This document shows positions 59,141 to 64,000 of a DNA stretch of 64,000 nt, piece by piece. The position numbers and the translations under genes were made by a program. The notes beneath the pieces were generated by a model. That model was not told the origin of the DNA. It did not search any database and was given only the letters and a program-made list of their open reading frames with translations. How positions within the stretch are numbered: position 1 is the first letter of the stretch; each line of letters starts with the position of its first letter. The DNA is from an uncultured Chloroflexia bacterium (GTDB lineage Bacteria > Chloroflexota > Anaerolineae > JAAYZQ01), in assembly GCA_963700285.1 (NCBI GenBank), contig CAVOXA010000001.1, forward strand, positions 288,001-352,000, read 5' to 3'.

Positions 59141-59662
59141 ATGGAGGATAAGAAGATGATGCAACACACGCTGATCGCCCACATGGAGAACAAGCCAGGC
59201 GTGCTCAACAGGGTTTCCGGTCTGTTCCGGCGACGCAACTATAACATTGAGGCCCTGAGCGTCGGCCATAGTGAGACACCCGGCATCTCGCGTATGACGA
59301 TTGTTGTCAACGGCGATAACCGTATCGTCGAGCAGGTGGTCAAACAACTGTACAAACTGGTGAACGTGACAGAGGTTGCGGACGTCAGCGATCAGCCTTC
59401 GGTGATCCGTGAACTGGCGCTGATCAAGGTGCAGGCCAGGCCGGGTACCCGTATGGAGATCATCGAACTGGCCAAGGTTTTTCGGGGGCGGGTAGTGGAT
59501 GTTGGCTCGGAAGCGATGACCATCGAGATCTCTGGGCCGGAGGAACGGGTGAATTCCCTGGTGCGGCTGCTGCAACCCTATGGCATCAAAGAGCTGGCGC
59601 GCACGGGCCGGATGGCAATGGTGCGCAGCGACGATGGAAGAGAGCCGCTCCTGGAGACATGA
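59141..59662 (+). CDS. ilvN: Acetolactate synthase small subunit
   Basis: ENKPGVLNRVSGLFRRRNYNIEALSVG, RELALIKV, IKELARTG. The start could be 59141 or 59156. Confidence 0.95.
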   Translation: MEDKKMMQHTLIAHMENKPGVLNRVSGLFRRRNYNIEALSVGHSETPGISRMTIVVNGDNRIVEQVVKQLYKLVNVTEVADVSDQPSVIRELALIKVQARPGTRMEIIELAKVFRGRVVDVGSEAMTIEISGPEERVNSLVRLLQPYGIKELARTGRMAMVRSDDGREPLLET

Positions 59663-59779
59663 TGGGGTATTAGAACCAGGTACTCGGATCTTGCATCCGT
59701 GAGCGATTGGTTGCCACTCGATGGCGGATCTAACTGCAGCACAAATACAAAAGCATACATAACTGGGAGGAAATCAAGC

Positions 59780-60787
59780 ATGGCGAACATTTACTACGAC
59801 AAGGACGCAGACCTCGGGCTGCTTGCCGAGAAAAAGATCGCTGTCATCGGCTATGGCAGCCAGGGGCACGCCCACGCCCTCAACCTACAGGACAGCGGTT
59901 GCCAGGTGGCAGTCGGTCTGTACGCGGGGAGTCGCTCTTGGGAGGCAGCTCAAAAGGCGGGATTGACCGTTATGCCGGTCGCGGAGGCGTCGGCCTGGGC
60001 GGACGTTGTTATGATCCTGGTACCCGAACCGGTCCAGCCAGTACTCTACGAAGAAGCCATTGCCCCCGGGCTCAAAGATGGTGACACACTCATGTTTGCC
60101 CACGGCTTCAACATCCGCTACTATCAGGTTGTGCCCCCGCCCAATGTGGACGTAAGCATGATCGCTCCCAAGTCGCCAGGGCACCGTGTGCGTGAGTTGT
60201 ACCAGGAAGGACAGGGCACACCGGCTCTGCTGGCCGTCTATCAGGACGTCACCGGAAAGGCCAAAGAGATGGCCTTGGCCTATGCCAAGGGGATCGGCTG
60301 CGCCCGGGCTGGGGTTCTTGAGACCACCTTCTCCGAAGAGACCGAAACAGACCTGTTTGGTGAGCAGGCGGTGCTTTGCGGTGGTGTCACGGAATTGATC
60401 AAGGCCGGGTTTGAGACCTTGGTCGAAGCCGGATACCAGCCCGAAATCGCCTACTTTGAGTGCCTGCACGAGCTCAAGCTCATCGTGGATTTGATCCAGC
60501 AGGGTGGCTTGACATACATGCGCTACTCGGTCAGTGACACTGCCGAGCATGGTGACTATACGGGCGGCCGGCGTGTTGTCAACGACGATACCCGAGCCGA
60601 AATGCGCCGTATGCTAGCAGAGGTCCAGGATGGAACGTACGCCCGGTCCTGGATTCTGGAGAACCAGGCTGGCCGGCCCTTCTTCAATACCATGCGCTTG
60701 CGCGAACAGGAGCATCTCATCGAAAAGGTTGGACGGAAATTGCGGGCCATGATGCCTTGGATGGATCCCAAAGAAGTGACCTGGTAG
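59780..60787 (+). CDS. ilvC: Ketol-acid reductoisomerase
   Basis: [58 protein letters not shown]. Confidence 0.96.
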   Translation: MANIYYDKDADLGLLAEKKIAVIGYGSQGHAHALNLQDSGCQVAVGLYAGSRSWEAAQKAGLTVMPVAEASAWADVVMILVPEPVQPVLYEEAIAPGLKDGDTLMFAHGFNIRYYQVVPPPNVDVSMIAPKSPGHRVRELYQEGQGTPALLAVYQDVTGKAKEMALAYAKGIGCARAGVLETTFSEETETDLFGEQAVLCGGVTELIKAGFETLVEAGYQPEIAYFECLHELKLIVDLIQQGGLTYMRYSVSDTAEHGDYTGGRRVVNDDTRAEMRRMLAEVQDGTYARSWILENQAGRPFFNTMRLREQEHLIEKVGRKLRAMMPWMDPKEVTW

Positions 60788-60880
60788 ACCGGTGAATTGG
60801 TGGATTGGGTGATGGGTTGCCCAACGTGGTGTTGTCTGGTGCACCCATCTACCAATGTCCAATCCACCAATCGACCGGTC
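60786..60880. repeat. Degenerate 8-nt-periodic inverted repeat between ilvC and leuA
   Basis: GACCGGTGAATTGGTGGATTGG ... CCAATCCACCAATCGACCGGTC. Confidence 0.6.
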
Positions 60881-60909
60881 ACACCGCTTGATCAGGAAAG
60901 GTACATATC

Positions 60910-62499
60910 ATGTCAGCAGGAACGGATCGCGTATATGTCTTTGACACAACACTGCGCGATGGCGAGCAGTCGCCGGGAGCGGCGCTGACCGTCAATGAGA
61001 AGCTTGAAATCGCCCATGTACTCGAGGACCTCGGGGTCGACGTCATCGAAGCGGGTTTCCCCATTTCTTCGCCGGGTGACTTTCGGGCGGTACAGCGCAT
61101 CTCCCAAGAGATACGCAATTGTACTATCTGTGGCCTAACCCGAGCTAACAAGAAGGACATCGATGTCGCGGCCGAGGCGCTGCAAGATGCTGCATACCCC
61201 CGCATCCATACCGGGCTGGGCGTTTCCGACGTACACATTGAGTACAAGCTGCGCACCACGCGAGAAAAGGCGCTGGAGCTGGGCGTTGAAGCCGTTCGAC
61301 ACGCCAAGAGCTATGTCGAGGACGTACAATACTACCCCGAGGACGCTGGACGCGCGGATCCGGAGTATCTCTACCGGGTGGTAGAAGCAGTGATAGACGC
61401 CGGCGCTACGGTAGTCAATATCCCGGACACCACTGGTTATTCCACGCCTGACGAGTTTGGCGCCCTGATCCGGGGCATTGTTGAGAACGTACCCAACGTC
61501 CACCGGGCAATCATCGCGGTACACTGTCACGACGACTTGGGCATGGCTACGGCTAACACACTGGCCGGCGTACGCAACGGCGCCCGGCAGGTGGAGGTTA
61601 CGGTCAACGGTATCGGCGAGCGGGCGGGCAACACCTCGTTGGAGGAGGTGGTCATGGCTCTCCAGACGCGACGGCATGTTTTTGAGCTTGAGACCCGCAT
61701 CATCCCCCGGCACCTTTATCCTGTCAGCCGCCTCGTCAGCCAGTTGACGGGTATCCCGGTGCAGCCAAACAAGGCGGTCGTCGGAGCCAATGCCTTTGCC
61801 CACTCGTCGGGCATCCACCAGGACGGTGTGCTCAAGGAACGTACGACCTACGAGATCATCAATCCCAGGGACGTCGGCGTGCCTGACTCGGAGATTGTGC
61901 TTTCGGCGCGATCGGGCCGGGCTGGGTTGCGGCACCGGCTTGTTGAGTTGGGCTATGCATTAGAGGAAGAGCAGTTTGAGAAGGTCTACGAGCGTTTTCT
62001 GACCGTGGCCGACAAAAAAAAGACAGTGGCCACGCGCGATCTGGAAGCAATTGTGGCCGACGAAGTGCAGATGTTCTTCGAGGAAACCTATCATCTGGAG
62101 CACGTCCAGATATCGTGCGGCGATCACAGTATCCCCACGGCTACGGTCTCAATCCGGGGGCCAGAGGATGAGATGTACTGTGATGCTGACCACGGTACCG
62201 GTCCCGTGGACGCCGTCTACCGGGCTATCAACCGCGTCATCCGCGAGCCCAATGAACTCATCGAGTTCTCCATCCAGGCCGTGACAGAAGGTATCAATGC
62301 TGTGGGCCGGGTGACTGTGCGCATCCAGGCCGACGAACCGGTGACGGACAATGGGTACGAACGACGGGTGTTCAGTGGGCGCAGCTCTGACACGGACATC
62401 GTGGTGGCTGCTGCCAAGGCCTACATGTTCGCTCTCAACCGGCTGATCGCTGCCCGGCGTGAGGGAGAAGAGCGCACGGAAACGGCTGTGACAGGCTAA
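60910..62499 (+). CDS. leuA: 2-isopropylmalate synthase
   Basis: FDTTLRDGEQSPG, IEAGFP, NIPDTTG, HCHDDLG, NGIGERAGN, HSSGIHQDG, C-terminal regulatory domain. Confidence 0.95.
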   Translation: MSAGTDRVYVFDTTLRDGEQSPGAALTVNEKLEIAHVLEDLGVDVIEAGFPISSPGDFRAVQRISQEIRNCTICGLTRANKKDIDVAAEALQDAAYPRIHTGLGVSDVHIEYKLRTTREKALELGVEAVRHAKSYVEDVQYYPEDAGRADPEYLYRVVEAVIDAGATVVNIPDTTGYSTPDEFGALIRGIVENVPNVHRAIIAVHCHDDLGMATANTLAGVRNGARQVEVTVNGIGERAGNTSLEEVVMALQTRRHVFELETRIIPRHLYPVSRLVSQLTGIPVQPNKAVVGANAFAHSSGIHQDGVLKERTTYEIINPRDVGVPDSEIVLSARSGRAGLRHRLVELGYALEEEQFEKVYERFLTVADKKKTVATRDLEAIVADEVQMFFEETYHLEHVQISCGDHSIPTATVSIRGPEDEMYCDADHGTGPVDAVYRAINRVIREPNELIEFSIQAVTEGINAVGRVTVRIQADEPVTDNGYERRVFSGRSSDTDIVVAAAKAYMFALNRLIAARREGEERTETAVTG

Positions 62500-62540
62500 A
62501 CCATGGGAAAAATCAGAATAGAAAACGGGGATTCAATCCA

Positions 62541-63806
62541 ATGAGATATACAATGGCAGAAAAGATTCTGGCGGCGCACGCCGAGGAAGAATATGTGCGC
62601 GCTGGCCAGTTCGTCGAGGTGGATGTAGACATCGTGCTCAGCAACGATATCACTGCGCCCATCTCGATCCGCGAGTTTGAGAAGCTGGGAGTTGATCAAG
62701 TCTTTGATCCGGATCGGGTGGTGCTGGTGGCCGACCACTTTGCACCCAACAAAGACATTAAATCCGCCGAACAATGTCTTGCTATGCGCAGGTTTGCCCG
62801 AGCCCAGGAGCTACCGCACCATTTTGAGGGTGGTCGTATGGGGATCGAACACGTGCTACTGCCCGAGCAGGGATTGGTATTGCCTGGCGACATTGTGGTG
62901 GGTGCTGACTCACATACCTGCACCTACGGCGCCTTGGGTTCCTTTGCTACCGGCATGGGCAGTACCGACATTGCCGTGACCATGGCCACGGGACGCACCT
63001 GGATGCGCGTGCCGGAGACCATCCGCATCCTGTATCATGGTGAGCTAAGGCCGTGGGTTGGTGGCAAGGACCTCATTTTGTACACCATTGGACTGCTTGG
63101 TGTTGGCGGGGCGCGATACCAAGCCATCGAGTTCGCCGGACCGGCCATGGACTCCCTGTCTATGGATGGACGGTTGACCATGGCAAACATGGCTATCGAG
63201 GCCGGTGCCAAGACGGGGCTTTTTGCTGTGGATGACACGACCCTGGACTATGTTGAGGGCCGCGCTACGCGACCCTATCACGTCTATCATGCTGACCAGG
63301 ACGCAGCCTATGTCGCGAGCCTTGAAATTGATGTGAGTACCATCGAGCCGCAGGTTGCCTTTCCGCATTTGCCAGAGAACGCCCGACCTGTGAGCCAGGC
63401 AGGTGATGTCAAGATCGATCAAGCAGTCATCGGTTCCTGTACGAACGGCCGCATGGAGGACCTGGAGGCTGCAGCCGCGGTGCTGCGTGGCCGCCAAGTA
63501 CATCCCGACGTACGTTGTATTGTCATACCCGGCAGCCAGCAGGTCTACATGGACGCTCTGCGTGCAGGTCTTGTTGAGGTCTTTCTTGCGGCGGGTGCAG
63601 TATTTAGCACGCCGACCTGTGGCCCATGCCTGGGCGGCCACATGGGGGTTTTGGCCGGTGGAGAGCGAGCGGTGAGTACCACTAACCGCAACTTTCGCGG
63701 GCGAATGGGGCATCGTGACAGTGAGGTCTACCTGGCCGGGCCCGCTGTAGCTGCGGCTTCGGCGGTGGCAGGACGTGTCGCTGGTCCAGAGGAGGTGCTG
63801 GCGTGA
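62541..63806 (+). CDS. leuC: 3-isopropylmalate dehydratase large subunit
   Basis: [44 protein letters not shown]. Confidence 0.93.
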   Translation: MRYTMAEKILAAHAEEEYVRAGQFVEVDVDIVLSNDITAPISIREFEKLGVDQVFDPDRVVLVADHFAPNKDIKSAEQCLAMRRFARAQELPHHFEGGRMGIEHVLLPEQGLVLPGDIVVGADSHTCTYGALGSFATGMGSTDIAVTMATGRTWMRVPETIRILYHGELRPWVGGKDLILYTIGLLGVGGARYQAIEFAGPAMDSLSMDGRLTMANMAIEAGAKTGLFAVDDTTLDYVEGRATRPYHVYHADQDAAYVASLEIDVSTIEPQVAFPHLPENARPVSQAGDVKIDQAVIGSCTNGRMEDLEAAAAVLRGRQVHPDVRCIVIPGSQQVYMDALRAGLVEVFLAAGAVFSTPTCGPCLGGHMGVLAGGERAVSTTNRNFRGRMGHRDSEVYLAGPAVAAASAVAGRVAGPEEVLA

Positions 63807-64000
63807 AACTGAGGGGACAGGTCTGGAAGTACGGCGACAATGTTGATACGGATGTCATCATTCCGGCGCGCTACCTGAATCTACACACGGCTGAGGAACT
63901 GGCGCCACATTGCATGGAGGACATTGACGCTGGTTTTGCCAAAGCGGTGCAGCCAGGGGACATGATCGTCGCCGGTGAGAACTTTGGCAGTGGTTCGTCG
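63803..64000 (+). CDS. leuD: 3-isopropylmalate dehydratase small subunit, 3'-truncated by window edge
   Basis: GTG at 63803 overlaps the leuC stop and reads [25 protein letters not shown]...[10 protein letters not shown]. Confidence 0.9.
   Translation, partial: MKLRGQVWKYGDNVDTDVIIPARYLNLHTAEELAPHCMEDIDAGFAKAVQPGDMIVAGENFGSGSS

Noticed and set aside
1-64000. Mobile elements, prophage, rRNA or tRNA genes
   Set aside because: No transposase, integrase, phage or structural-RNA signatures were seen.

Overview
GC-rich bacterial window. It looks like Chloroflexota/Anaerolineae, inferred from the META/SH3/Pro-Thr surface lipoprotein and gene content, not from a marker gene. (1) 1-8.4 kb, + strand: pepA, abgT, a triple-META lipoprotein, a GluR0-like ligand-gated channel with an atypical filter, and a lipoprotein alpha/beta hydrolase. 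(2) 8.5-38.7 kb, - strand: a ~30 kb co-oriented cluster behind a consensus sigma70 promoter, encoding a corrinoid-dependent N-demethylation system. It has four pyrrolysine-free MttB-family methyltransferases, two corrinoid proteins, a THF methyltransferase, a RACo activator, a DUF1638-like protein, an orphan hydantoinase-A-like ATPase, a QueG-like Fe-S protein, two GntR regulators, a Liv-type ABC transporter with a doubled binding domain, and a metallophosphoesterase/APC permease/nucleotidyltransferase-fold/Fe-ADH module. Its 20-32 kb part is full of 1-nt indels, probably consensus errors. (3) 38.9-41.9 kb, - strand: pentapeptide-repeat, ltaE, CYTH-like and B3/4 genes. (4) 42-64 kb, + strand: aroH-pheA-aroF-tyrA-aroA-aroE-aroC-aroKB-aroQ-lysC-X-thrC, then ilvD-ilvB-ilvN-ilvC-leuA-leuC-leuD. 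Main elements not resolved as their own ORFs in the track: two complete leader-peptide attenuators, one with a Trp/Tyr/Phe run (WYFGYFYF) and one with an Ile/Leu/Val run. Gene X is an apparently circularly permuted HAD protein sitting where homoserine kinase would be expected. All calls are from motif recognition by eye; no database searches were run.
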